Of a DNA stretch of 64,000 bases, positions 37,094-46,773 are shown in pieces. Source of the DNA: Bacteroidota bacterium (lineage in GTDB: Bacteria > Bacteroidota > Bacteroidia > Chitinophagales > BACL12). The DNA lies in assembly GCA_016718035.1 (NCBI GenBank), contig JADKEK010000010.1:120289-184288 (forward strand). Reading direction: 5' to 3'. The first letter of the stretch is position 1, and the number at the start of each line of letters is the position of its first letter. Position numbers and translations under genes: made by a program. The notes under the pieces were generated by a model, which had not been told where the DNA came from, made no database searches, and worked only from the letters and a program-made list of their open reading frames with translations.

Positions 37094-38071
37094 ATGAAAA
37101 CAGGATTATTGCTCGTGTTAATATTGTGTCTACCTGTTTTCTTACAAGGGCAAACTCGACCTGAAATTTCCACTGTAGATATTACGTATTTCTGGTCGGC
37201 ATTTGATCAGTTATCCGAGGCGAAAAATCATGCCGACAGCGTTGAAATAATTCAAAAAAATTATATTGATATTTGTAGTAATGTATATAGTAAATATATA
37301 CAAAGAAGTAATATTTCCGCAGAGGAGTATGTAACATTATTTACCATTTATCCCAATTATTGGCGTGCCATTCGGCCGCTTACAGAACAAATAACCAATA
37401 GGAGAGATGAACTCGAAACGGCTTTGCAAAAATTAGCTGCAACTATTCCCGGATTTAAGATACCTGATATTTATTTCGGCATTGGTTGTTTACGGCAGGG
37501 AGGAACTATAAAGGGAAATACCATAATTATTGGCGCTGAATTAGCAGCCGCTGATACATTAATTGATAAGTCCGAACTTTCAACCTGGTTAAAATCGGTG
37601 GTTGGCAAAACGGGTGATATTGTAGCCATGACTGCCCATGAATCTATTCATGTACAACAATCCTGGTTTCCTTTGGGCGAGTTTTTTTCTTTAGCTAAAC
37701 ATCATCAGTTGAAATTATTGAACATGGCCATTTTAGAAGGTAGTGCCGATTATATTACCACAAGTGTATTGGGTTTAAATATTAATGCCGGAATTCGGGA
37801 ATATGGCCTTCAACATGAATGTGAATTATGGAAAAATTTCGAAGCATCTATCGCAAATGACCCATTTGATTATTCGAAATGGTTATACAATGGCAACTCA
37901 GCTCGTGACATGCCTGCAGATATGGGATATTTTATTGGGTATCAAATTACGCAAGCCTATTTTAATAGCGAAGCAGATAAAAACAAAGCATATACAACTA
38001 TTTTTAAACGTGGGAAATATAGGAAGGTTTTTGAAGAAAGTGACTATAAACATTTAGTTTGCGGCTCATAA
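37094..38071 (+). CDS. Secreted putative zinc metalloprotease (HExxH; DUF2268-like)
   Basis: Signal peptide MKTGLLLVLILCLPVFLQGQ. HESIH motif at MTAHESIHVQQ, and a downstream EGSADY. The family assignment is from memory of DUF2268 and is unverified. Confidence 0.5.
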   Translation: MKTGLLLVLILCLPVFLQGQTRPEISTVDITYFWSAFDQLSEAKNHADSVEIIQKNYIDICSNVYSKYIQRSNISAEEYVTLFTIYPNYWRAIRPLTEQITNRRDELETALQKLAATIPGFKIPDIYFGIGCLRQGGTIKGNTIIIGAELAAADTLIDKSELSTWLKSVVGKTGDIVAMTAHESIHVQQSWFPLGEFFSLAKHHQLKLLNMAILEGSADYITTSVLGLNINAGIREYGLQHECELWKNFEASIANDPFDYSKWLYNGNSARDMPADMGYFIGYQITQAYFNSEADKNKAYTTIFKRGKYRKVFEESDYKHLVCGS

Positions 38072-38141
38072 TTTCATGCTACATTAAAATATTATTGAAA
38101 GGTTTTGCGTTTATAAATAGATTTGAATAAACCCTACTTAC

Positions 38142-39116
38142 ATGAAAAATTATTTTACCCTGGCTTTGTTATTGCTGCTAACATTTTCAGTTAAGGCAAT
38201 TGATTCAAAAAAAATATGGTATAAAAATGGTCAGCTAAAAGCTGAAGTTGGTTTCGAAAATGGTTTGTTTAATGGCGATTTTAGGTCGTGGTATGTAAAT
38301 GGCCAAAAAAAGGCAGTAGGGAAATTCTTCAATAATCAGCGTATAGGTAAATGGCAATTATGGGATTCCTTAGGAACCCTTCGGGTGGTTCGTGAATACA
38401 CCGATGGATTTACATTTACAACGCAGTTATTAAAAGCAGTTGATGGAGCGGAATTACCATTGTCGGTATATCCTAAATATCCAATTGCAACAAATAATTT
38501 AGGCGAGCCGGATTATCCTGCATTAGAAAAACATCAAATTTTGGTATTTAAGGATTTATGGCGCATGATAGATAATACGCCTGAAAATGCTTTATTGTTT
38601 CAAGATAATACTGTTCATCAGGTGATAAGTAATTACTTAGATATTGAAGGGAATGCGGTGTTTGATGATTATAAATTTAACCACTTGTTGAACATTGACA
38701 GTTTACGAAAAATTATGCGTGACCCGCAAATGAAAATAATTGGCTATCGCTTATACGAAGGATGGAATTATTTTGACCCTTATCAGATGTCCGATTATTG
38801 GATTATGGGCATTTGCCCCATTGTTCAGCATACAACAAACGGAAAAAAAGCAGATTTAGGTTGGATACGATTTAATAATTTGCGAGGGGACTTAGATGCC
38901 GTTGCTGTGAAAGATTCCGGTGGTAAGGTGATGACATTAGACGAATTGATACAAGCAAATGCATTTAGTTCTACCATTTATAAAGAGGCTAATATTTATG
39001 ACCGTGCAATAGCTGATTATAAAAAAGGAGATGAAATAATAGCGGAAGCTTATCGTATTGAATTCGACATTTGGGATATGGAACATGAAATGTGGATGCG
39101 GTTAACCGAGGAATGA
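38142..39116 (+). CDS. Secreted MORN-variant (YwqK-like) repeat protein fused to an unrecognised ~230-aa C-terminal domain
   Basis: Signal peptide. WYKNGQLKAEVGFENGLFNGDFRSWYVNGQKKAVGKFFNNQRIGKWQLWD are MORN-variant repeats. I did not confidently recognise the C-terminal part (…YRLYEGWNYFDPYQMSDYWIMGICPIV…). Confidence 0.55.
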   Translation: MKNYFTLALLLLLTFSVKAIDSKKIWYKNGQLKAEVGFENGLFNGDFRSWYVNGQKKAVGKFFNNQRIGKWQLWDSLGTLRVVREYTDGFTFTTQLLKAVDGAELPLSVYPKYPIATNNLGEPDYPALEKHQILVFKDLWRMIDNTPENALLFQDNTVHQVISNYLDIEGNAVFDDYKFNHLLNIDSLRKIMRDPQMKIIGYRLYEGWNYFDPYQMSDYWIMGICPIVQHTTNGKKADLGWIRFNNLRGDLDAVAVKDSGGKVMTLDELIQANAFSSTIYKEANIYDRAIADYKKGDEIIAEAYRIEFDIWDMEHEMWMRLTEE

Positions 39117-39153
39117 ATTAAAACACCATTAGTCATAATTGCACGGCTTTCCT

Positions 39154-39161
39154 TAATTTTG
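39154..39161 (+). promoter_or_regulatory. Candidate -7 promoter box for the purE-like gene, with leaderless-type spacing
   Basis: TAATTTTG is followed by cagta and then the ATG at 39167. Confidence 0.35.
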
Positions 39162-39166
39162 CAGTA

Positions 39167-39544
39167 ATGGCAAAATCTACATCTTCCAAAGCCAAATCTG
39201 CCAAAAAGCAATTGTTACCTGTTGTTGGTATCATTATGGGCAGTGATTCGGACTTAAAAATTATGCGTGATGCGGCTGAAGTAATTGGCGTTCCGGTAAA
39301 ATCCAGCAATTCAATTGACGGTTGGGATTCGATTTTGTCCATTTTACAAATGCCAAACGGTGTTCCTGTAGCTACTGTTGCATTAAACGCGGCTAAAAAT
39401 GCAGGTATACTCGCTGCTGAAATATTGGGAACAAGTAGTATTGCTATCCGCAATAAAATTATTGCCTACAAAATGAATATGCAGGAAACGGTAATTCATA
39501 AGGCAAAAAAAATTGAAAAAGACGGATATAAATCACATTCCTGA
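39167..39544 (+). CDS. purE: PurE-like N5-CAIR mutase with an in-frame internal deletion; probably non-functional
   Basis: The N-terminal VVGIIMGSDSDLKIMRDAAEV joins directly to IGVPVKSSNSIDGWDSILSILQMPNGVPVATVALNAAKNAGILAAEILG. The ~55 residues that normally lie between them, including the SAHRTP and AGGAAHLPG motifs, are absent. Confidence 0.8.
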   Translation: MAKSTSSKAKSAKKQLLPVVGIIMGSDSDLKIMRDAAEVIGVPVKSSNSIDGWDSILSILQMPNGVPVATVALNAAKNAGILAAEILGTSSIAIRNKIIAYKMNMQETVIHKAKKIEKDGYKSHS

Positions 39545-39546
39545 GC

Positions 39547-41013
39547 TTAATTTTCTTTACCGGAGTCTTGTGTAGTTGCTTGTGACTTTTCGGCAAGTTC
39601 AGCTTCCATGGCATCAATGGATGCTTTTAGTTTTTTCTCATTAAAGAAGCTAAATATGATGGCGGCTATAAAACATAAAATAAATCCGAAAATGCCTGAA
39701 AGCCGGATGCCCAATTCTTCGAAAGGCACTTTACTAAACACGCCTGCTAAATAATTTCCTAAACCTTTCGATTGGTCTAAACCAATTAAAATGGTGAAAA
39801 TCACAATACCCATTGTTTGTCCGAATTGAATAAACAAACTGCGAATAGCAAAAAAGGTAGCTTCGCGATTTTCTTTTGTTTCATAGGCATCGGCCTGTGT
39901 TAACTCAGCTAAAATTACCGGGGGTAAAATGCCTAACACTGCAAATGGAACAGATAAAACTGCGGCTAATAAATATGCTTCATATACATTTTCTAATCCG
40001 AAATTGCCTAAATAGCGAACACTTGAAAATACCAACGATAACATAAATAATGAAGATAAAATCATTACTTTTTTAGAATATCGTTTAGCGAGGAAATAGA
40101 CAATAGGCGACCAAATCATCGCCAGTCCGACTGTAGTAGCAACCATACCGGTTCCATGTTTCTCTTCCAGTCCCAGCAAGGCTTTCACGTAATACAATGC
40201 CCCGGTTCCAATAATGGTTAACGAAATAAAATAGGTGAAATCGGCAATGAGATATAACAGTACATTTTTATTTTTCAGCACCGTTTTAAAATTGTCCTTA
40301 ATACCGGTTGTAACAGGATTGGGTACGATATATTTTTTTTCTTTGAGGAAAACCGGTATTAATAGAAATATCCAGCCAATAACAAAAATGGTCCATATTG
40401 CTAATTGGTAAGCGCGAAATTTATCCTCCATATGCAAAACATCCTGATTAAAATTCAGTAATGCGTTGGAAGCACTCGCAATTACTAAACCTATAGTGTA
40501 GGCAATGGACTGAAATGTTGAGATACGCAATTTAACTTCGGAGTTATATCCAAATTCCGGTAAAAGTGCATTATAGGGAATTACATAAAATGAGATGGAC
40601 ACATTAAATAAAATCTGAATACCTGCAAGCCACCAAATATTACCCATACTTTCGGTGCGGGTGAGCGGCATCCACAATAAAAAACCTGTAATTAAAACCG
40701 GCAACAACGCAAAAATCATAAAAGGAATACGGCGACCAAGTTTATTACCACTTTTATCGCTCAAATGTGCGATTACGGGGTCAATAATGGCATCAATTAA
40801 TCGTGCGCTTAACACTACTAAGGTAAGTGCATTAATAAACCCAAGGATAGTAATTTTAGGAATCAGGTTATTGAGTTGGTCGTCGCCAACAGGCTGATAA
40901 AAGTAGATGATAATGCCTGCAAGCAGGTTTACCACTACGCTCCATCCGAGTGTTCCGGATGCGTAAATGAGCTGACCACGAAGCGGTAATTTTTCAGTTT
41001 GTTTCACAACCAA
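39547..41013 (-). CDS. MFS transporter, glycoside-pentoside-hexuronide (GPH)-type symporter family
   Basis: About 12 TM helices. The N-terminal LIYASGTLGWSVVVN...ARLIDAIIDPVIAHLSDK..LGRRIPFMIF is the GPH/MFS_2 signature. The start appears to be TTG or GTG. Confidence 0.75.
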   Translation of the reverse strand: MVVKQTEKLPLRGQLIYASGTLGWSVVVNLLAGIIIYFYQPVGDDQLNNLIPKITILGFINALTLVVLSARLIDAIIDPVIAHLSDKSGNKLGRRIPFMIFALLPVLITGFLLWMPLTRTESMGNIWWLAGIQILFNVSISFYVIPYNALLPEFGYNSEVKLRISTFQSIAYTIGLVIASASNALLNFNQDVLHMEDKFRAYQLAIWTIFVIGWIFLLIPVFLKEKKYIVPNPVTTGIKDNFKTVLKNKNVLLYLIADFTYFISLTIIGTGALYYVKALLGLEEKHGTGMVATTVGLAMIWSPIVYFLAKRYSKKVMILSSLFMLSLVFSSVRYLGNFGLENVYEAYLLAAVLSVPFAVLGILPPVILAELTQADAYETKENREATFFAIRSLFIQFGQTMGIVIFTILIGLDQSKGLGNYLAGVFSKVPFEELGIRLSGIFGFILCFIAAIIFSFFNEKKLKASIDAMEAELAEKSQATTQDSGKEN

Positions 41014-41049
41014 ATCCTAATGAGGGTGTAAAAATAGGATAATCGTGCA

Positions 41050-41901
41050 TCACCGTTTTATTTCACGGTAGTATTCTTTGTTGAAAGTGGCATAATGTGC
41101 CGCTGAATCTGCATTTGAGGGCAATAAATAAAATTTGTTAAGTATTTCAGCCTGGGATTGATAACAAGCAGCAGCATTTCTTTTTGCCGGCCAAAAATTA
41201 GTAATATCCGCTGCTAAGTCTGGCTCCGGCAGTCCGTTAACACCATACAGTTCGATGGCCAATTTGTAGGAAGGTAAATCGGCGACAATAAAATCTTCTA
41301 AGGCCTGTGGCAGGGTCATTTGATATAAATACTTTGGGCTAAAGTCTGCATTCCCTACATGGGTAGTAAACAGGTCCCGAACAATTTTGGCACTAAGTAA
41401 ATGTTCCGGATGTCCATAACCGCCGATAGCATCATCGTAAGTAATTAATACATCCGGTTGCCAATCCAATACGGTTTTATATATTAACGAACTAATTGAA
41501 TCGAGGTTTTCCGGCCAAAACCGGACGTTTTGTTGCATGATATCCTCCCAGTTGTTATTATAAAAATCGCATAACAATGTTTTATCATAACCCAAACTTT
41601 TTGCGGCAGCGTTCCATTCATTGGTGCGCACCATTTTATCTTGATCATCTGAACCTTTTGTGAGGGTTAGTAAATACACTTCCCAATTATTCGCTTTCAT
41701 TTTTGCTATGGTTCCTGCACAAGTAATTTCATCGTCGGGGTGCGGAAAAATAAACATAGCTTTTTGAGGGTTGGCACCTTGAATTTCCCATAGGATAACA
41801 GATGCATCCTGCATTTGGGCAACATGGCTGTAGTTTAGCTGCGTGTTTTTGCAACCGCAAATCACTACACCAAATAGGATAATAATTGTTTGTTTTACCA
41901 T
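41050..41901 (-). CDS. PIG-L/LmbE-family deacetylase, lipoprotein
   Basis: Lipobox FGVVICGCKN. IFPHPDDEITCAGT and GGYGHPEHL are the PIG-L zinc-site motifs. Confidence 0.8.
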   Translation of the reverse strand: MVKQTIIILFGVVICGCKNTQLNYSHVAQMQDASVILWEIQGANPQKAMFIFPHPDDEITCAGTIAKMKANNWEVYLLTLTKGSDDQDKMVRTNEWNAAAKSLGYDKTLLCDFYNNNWEDIMQQNVRFWPENLDSISSLIYKTVLDWQPDVLITYDDAIGGYGHPEHLLSAKIVRDLFTTHVGNADFSPKYLYQMTLPQALEDFIVADLPSYKLAIELYGVNGLPEPDLAADITNFWPAKRNAAACYQSQAEILNKFYLLPSNADSAAHYATFNKEYYREIKR

Positions 41902-41940
41902 AAAAAAATCCCCGTTTAAGGAATGTCGAAAATCGGGGAG
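41902..41940 (-). terminator. Rho-independent terminator of the 41989..42348 gene
   Basis: The minus strand reads tccccg-(19-nt loop)-cgggga followed by ttttttt. Confidence 0.45.
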
Positions 41941-41988
41941 TATTTAGGTTTAATAATTTTAGTCATTAGGAATTAGCGCACAAATAGT

Positions 41989-42348
41989 TTATTCCTCATT
42001 GACTTTTTTTTCCAGGAGATAAAAATAATATTTATTGCCATTTGCATCTGCATAGGCACTTGAAGAAACATAAGTCCAACCTTTTTCATTCATGTAGTTT
42101 AAAACATGCATCATTGATTCGAATTTTCTAACTTTTCCGGTTACTTCGTCTCTTTCGGCTTCGTTCTTCCAAATACTTAATCCCTGGCCATAATCGATTT
42201 CTATTTTAACGCGTTTCATCAAGGCGCCTTGAAATCCTTCAACCTGGCAGTAATACGTTGTTTGAGTGCTCTCTTTGTCCAGCGTTACCTGGCCAAAACC
42301 TACATTTAATGAGCAAAAAATGGCAATACATGTGATAATTTTTTTCAT
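41989..42348 (-). CDS. Small secreted hypothetical protein
   Basis: Signal peptide MKKIITCIAIFCSLNVGFGQ. 119 aa with no recognised domain. Confidence 0.55.
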   Translation of the reverse strand: MKKIITCIAIFCSLNVGFGQVTLDKESTQTTYYCQVEGFQGALMKRVKIEIDYGQGLSIWKNEAERDEVTGKVRKFESMMHVLNYMNEKGWTYVSSSAYADANGNKYYFYLLEKKVNEE

Positions 42349-43051
42349 AGTTTCAAAAGTGAGTTAATAAAATGGTTGAATTTTCGAATAAATTTAGTAA
42401 AAATTTGCTAACAAAATGATGAAAATTATATTAGATTTAGTTTTAATTTTTAATGAAAAGTATTTTTAATTAAAAATGTAATAATTTTAATTTACTTTTT
42501 TATACCAATTTCGGGGTATTGCCTATAGAGCCACAATCAAAATAGCTTATTGATAATGTTACGTCAAATTTGCTTTTATAAAAGTTATTGAATTAAATTC
42601 ATTTCGAGCAAGTGAAATTCATGATAAAATATTAACATTTGGCTAAGATGCCAAATTTATTGTCGTGCACAACGAAACAAATGTTGTTTTAAAAATGAGA
42701 ATTCAAATTGGGTGCATACAATTAGGTAAGCAATTTAGAAACATTTGAGATTAATGAAAATAAATACAGATTTAAATTAAGTGACGTTACGTATCTTTTA
42801 GATGCACCAGATGATTCAGAATGGGAAACTGTTGAAAAAATTAAAAAGCAGGATTGAGTTTTTAAAAGGTAAACGACATACTGAATGAAAAACTCCTAAA
42901 ACAGCAAAATGAAATTATTGATGCGAAGCCCAATGATTGGTACATACACACTTATTGCCTTTGTTTTGAATCTTATTTAACCGACTGAATGATAGAGGGT
43001 TAATAATTTAAATTTAGTTTAAATTATTATCGAAGGTTTGCTGTAATTATC

Positions 43052-43059
43052 TACCTTTG
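43052..43059 (+). promoter_or_regulatory. Candidate -7 promoter box for the esterase gene
   Basis: TACCTTTG, 17 nt upstream of the ATG at 43077. Confidence 0.4.
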
Positions 43060-43076
43060 CACCCAAATTTACCATT

Positions 43077-44105
43077 ATGCGAAAACTACTGCTTAGTGTA
43101 ACAGTGCTTGCTGTGTTATTCACCTCTTGCAAAGACAAACTTGAAAAAAAGGATAAAACCTTATCTGAAATGCAAAATGAGGATGAAAATCCTAATAATT
43201 ATGTGCCAGTGCTTAGTACTGCCAGCGAGTCTCCTGTTTATAAGAAAATCAACGACACCGTTGACATGCACCTCAATATTTACTATCCAGAAAAACACAA
43301 AAAACAAGACCCTACACCGGTAATTATATATTTCTTTGGAGGAGCCTTCCTGCATGGTAGCCCGGCTCAATACGAGCAACACTGTCAGTATTTCGCCAGT
43401 CGCGGAATAGTTGCCATATCTGCCGACTACCGCGTAATATCGCGCAACAAGGGTAATGCATTAAATTGTATTTATGATGCAAAAAGTGCTATCCGTTATG
43501 TGCGCGAGCATGCCGAGGACCTCAATATTGACCCAAATAAAATTGTTGTTGGTGGCGGTTCAGCAGGTGGATTTTTAGCGTTACAATTGGCTATGAATGA
43601 TAGCAAATGGCAAGACCCTAGCGATAACGCAGCAACTTCTTGTGTGCCAAATGCTATGGTGTTGTTAAATCCTGTGGTAAATTCCATGGAACACGATTTC
43701 AGGATTGTAAAATTTAAGGACAACGAAGCGGATTCTAATTCTCTATCTCATGCTTCAGAAGTGAACCCTTTAACCACTATTAAGACAGGAATGCCACCAG
43801 CAGTTGTTTTCCACGGCACGGCAGATAAGATCAGTGGTTACGAGTTTGTAGCACAATATTGCGCCGACTACGAAAAAGCTGGTAATACCATTACCCTAAA
43901 CACCTACGAAAAAATGAAACATGGTTTTACCGCTCCTAAATTTCAGAATGGTAAATATTATCGTGAATCATTACGCAAAACAGATGAATTTTTAATCAGT
44001 TTAGGTTACCTGACCGGAGCCCCAAATGTGCCTGAGCCTGACCCAAAAGATATGCCTAAAGAAAACCAAAAACCGAAGGCTCAGAAAAAAAATAAACCCG
44101 AATAA
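43077..44105 (+). CDS. Alpha/beta-hydrolase (esterase/lipase, hydrolase fold-3 type), lipoprotein, with a Lys/Pro-rich tail
   Basis: Lipobox LFTSCKD. Oxyanion-hole region VIIYFFGGAFLHGS. Nucleophile elbow GGGSAGG. The C-terminal tail is PNVPEPDPKDMPKENQKPKAQKKNKPE. Confidence 0.75.
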   Translation: MRKLLLSVTVLAVLFTSCKDKLEKKDKTLSEMQNEDENPNNYVPVLSTASESPVYKKINDTVDMHLNIYYPEKHKKQDPTPVIIYFFGGAFLHGSPAQYEQHCQYFASRGIVAISADYRVISRNKGNALNCIYDAKSAIRYVREHAEDLNIDPNKIVVGGGSAGGFLALQLAMNDSKWQDPSDNAATSCVPNAMVLLNPVVNSMEHDFRIVKFKDNEADSNSLSHASEVNPLTTIKTGMPPAVVFHGTADKISGYEFVAQYCADYEKAGNTITLNTYEKMKHGFTAPKFQNGKYYRESLRKTDEFLISLGYLTGAPNVPEPDPKDMPKENQKPKAQKKNKPE

Positions 44106-44127
44106 CAAGTCATTTTGTTTTACAGAA

Positions 44128-44156
44128 AGAGCCTGTTTATGCAGGCTCTTTTTTTA
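44128..44156 (+). terminator. Rho-independent terminator
   Basis: agagcctg-tttatg-caggctct followed by ttttttt, 23 nt after the stop at 44105. Confidence 0.7.
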
Positions 44157-44237
44157 TATACCATTTAACATCAATTAACACCGCGATTTGTAATAAATCG
44201 AAGTAATATTTTACTATTGTAATTACATTTTTCAGGC

Positions 44238-46691
44238 ATGAGAAAATTTTTACCCTTATTTTATTTTTTGACGTTTATCCTATCGGCAAATGCGCAGGAT
44301 ATACAGCGTAAGCAATTAATTGCTTCGCGAATTACATCTAATATTCATATTGATGGCATCTTGAATGAACCTGAGTGGGCAGATGTTGCTGAGGCGACGG
44401 ACTTTACTCAATTCCAGTTTGTTTATGGAAAACCTTCTGCTTATGCTACTTCTATTAAAGTGATGTACGATAATACGGCCATTTATATTGGTGCAACCAT
44501 GTATGACCCTCATCCCGATAGTATTCAAAAGGATTTAGCGGCTCGTGATGAATTTGGGTCCGCCGATTTTATTGGAATTATTATGGACCCTTACCAGGAA
44601 GGTGTAAATGGCATTGAATTTTTTGTCACCGCAAGTGGTGTCCAAGCAGAAGCAAAAACATATCCGAATAGCGATAATGGTGAAGATTTTACCTGGGATG
44701 CTGTTTGGGTGAGTGCAGCAAAAATTACAGAAAAAGGATGGGTAGCAGAGTTGAAAATTCCATTTTCTGCCATTCGTTTTCCAAACAAGGATGAACAAAG
44801 TTGGTATATCAATTTTGTTCGTGAAGTAAAACGCAACCGCGATAAAAGTGCATGGAATGCAATCGACCCTCAGGTGCAGGGTTTTGTTAATCAAAGCGGT
44901 ATTTTAACCGGGATTAATAATATAAAAGCACCGGTTCGATTATCATTGTCGCCTTATTTTTCTACCTATTATGATGTATTTAACGATAAAGCAAATGATG
45001 TAAGTGCCGAAAGCTGGAGCTTCAATGGTGGCGCCGATTTAAAATATGGATTAAATGATGCGTTTACTTTGGATATGACGTTAATACCTGATTTTGGTCA
45101 AGTGCAAAGTGATAATCAGATTTTAAACTTAACACCTTTCGAAACTTATTTTGTTGAGCAACGTCAATTTTTTACAGAAGGAACAGAATTATTTAATAAA
45201 GCAGGATTGTTTTATTCCAGAAGGGTAGGAGCAACACCTGTTGGATATTATGATGTGTTATATGGTACTGATCCTTCTGCTGAAATTATTAGTAATCCAT
45301 CACAAGCCAGATTGTTAAATGCCGCAAAATTATCAGGGCGCACTACCGGTGGTTTAGGTATTGGTGTATTTAATGCAATAGAGGGAGAAACAGTTGCGGT
45401 GGTTAAAGATAGTGCTGGTGTTGAATCAACTACAATAACAGGTCCGCGTTCAAATTATAATGTATTGGTTTTTGATCAGAGCCTGAAAAATAATTCTTTT
45501 ATAACATTTACGAATACCAACGTATTAAGAGAAAATGCCTTCAACGATGCCAATGTTACAGCAGTTAATTTTTCGTTTAATGATAAGCCAAATGTTTGGG
45601 CTATAGAAGGTGGTGGTGCCTACAGTCAAAAATATACAGGAGTTGAAACCGCTGCAAACAATGGAATTTATCATTATTTATCTGCGGGCAAATCAGGAGG
45701 TAAACGCAGGTTTGCTGTTGGCTATGAATATACAGGCGCTACCTACGATAACAATGATTTAGGATTCCTTCCAATAAATAATTTACTCAATTTTTTTGCT
45801 AATACCAGTTACCACACCTATGAGCCATTGTGGCATTTAAATCAATTAAATTTAACGGTAGATGTAAATTATACTCGCATAATTAATCCCGATGCATTTC
45901 ATAATTTTTCCATCAATTTAGATGCATGGGGTAATTTCAGGAATTTTATTTTTATGGGACTTTGGATGTATACCGAACCTGTAATTACTTACGATTATTT
46001 TGAACCTCGCTCACCCGGTCGTTATTACACTTATCCGATTAATTATAATTTCGGAGGCTGGATTTCTTCAGATTATAGTAAACGGTTTGCATTTGACTTA
46101 AGTAGTAATTTACGTTTATTTGGTGAAGAAGGTCGTTATCGACACAATATCGATTTTAGCCCTCGTTTTAGGGTAAATGATAAAATATTATTAACTGCTT
46201 ATGGCGGAAGATTTTTCTGGCCGAATGATGTTGGCTTTGTAAATTATGATGGTGATTCAATTATTTTAGGTAAACGTGATAATGTTACATTTGAAGGACT
46301 TGTTCAGGCGAATTACACACCTAATGTAAAAATGAGTTTTGGTCTCAGGTTACGCCATTATTGGAGTTTCGCAGAGTATTCGGCATTTTATAATCTTGGT
46401 GATGACGGTAGTTTGTTGCCTACCACTTACAATTCATTTGACGCCGTTGGCAATTCATTTGATGATGTTAATTTCAACGCGTTTAATGTGGACTTCGTGT
46501 ATACCTGGTTTTTTGCACCGGGCAGTGAGTTAAATATTGTTTGGAAAAATTCGATATATCAGTTTGGAACATATTTACCTGAAAATTATTTAGATGATAT
46601 AGACCAGGTGTTTGATGCTCCGGTTGGCAATAATTTCTCTATCAAATTATTGTATTACCTCGACTACTTATATTTAAAGAAAAAACAATAA
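44238..46691 (+). CDS. Large secreted or outer-membrane protein with an N-terminal CBM9-like domain (DUF5916-type)
   Basis: Signal peptide. IHIDGILNEPEWADVAEATDFTQF...YDNTAIYIGATMYD is the CBM9-like opening seen in DUF5916 proteins. A long beta-rich C-terminal region ends with an aromatic-rich terminus. Confidence 0.65.
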   Translation: MRKFLPLFYFLTFILSANAQDIQRKQLIASRITSNIHIDGILNEPEWADVAEATDFTQFQFVYGKPSAYATSIKVMYDNTAIYIGATMYDPHPDSIQKDLAARDEFGSADFIGIIMDPYQEGVNGIEFFVTASGVQAEAKTYPNSDNGEDFTWDAVWVSAAKITEKGWVAELKIPFSAIRFPNKDEQSWYINFVREVKRNRDKSAWNAIDPQVQGFVNQSGILTGINNIKAPVRLSLSPYFSTYYDVFNDKANDVSAESWSFNGGADLKYGLNDAFTLDMTLIPDFGQVQSDNQILNLTPFETYFVEQRQFFTEGTELFNKAGLFYSRRVGATPVGYYDVLYGTDPSAEIISNPSQARLLNAAKLSGRTTGGLGIGVFNAIEGETVAVVKDSAGVESTTITGPRSNYNVLVFDQSLKNNSFITFTNTNVLRENAFNDANVTAVNFSFNDKPNVWAIEGGGAYSQKYTGVETAANNGIYHYLSAGKSGGKRRFAVGYEYTGATYDNNDLGFLPINNLLNFFANTSYHTYEPLWHLNQLNLTVDVNYTRIINPDAFHNFSINLDAWGNFRNFIFMGLWMYTEPVITYDYFEPRSPGRYYTYPINYNFGGWISSDYSKRFAFDLSSNLRLFGEEGRYRHNIDFSPRFRVNDKILLTAYGGRFFWPNDVGFVNYDGDSIILGKRDNVTFEGLVQANYTPNVKMSFGLRLRHYWSFAEYSAFYNLGDDGSLLPTTYNSFDAVGNSFDDVNFNAFNVDFVYTWFFAPGSELNIVWKNSIYQFGTYLPENYLDDIDQVFDAPVGNNFSIKLLYYLDYLYLKKKQ

Positions 46692-46719
46692 CAACTTTAT
46701 CATTGCTGATGTTATTAAA

Positions 46720-46759
46720 ATAAAAAAGTCTGATAACAATTGTTATCAGACTTTTTTTA
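46720..46759. terminator. Bidirectional rho-independent terminator
   Basis: aaaaaa-gtctgataaca-at-tgttatcagac-ttttttt between convergent stops at 46691 (+) and 46774 (-). Confidence 0.75.
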
Positions 46760-46773
46760 CAAACTAAATGAGA

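Noticed and set aside
39133-39453. A 106-aa ORF antisense to the purE-like gene
   Set aside because: The sense strand carries unmistakable PurE motifs (GVPVKSSNSIDGWDS, NGVPVATVALN). The antisense peptide has none.
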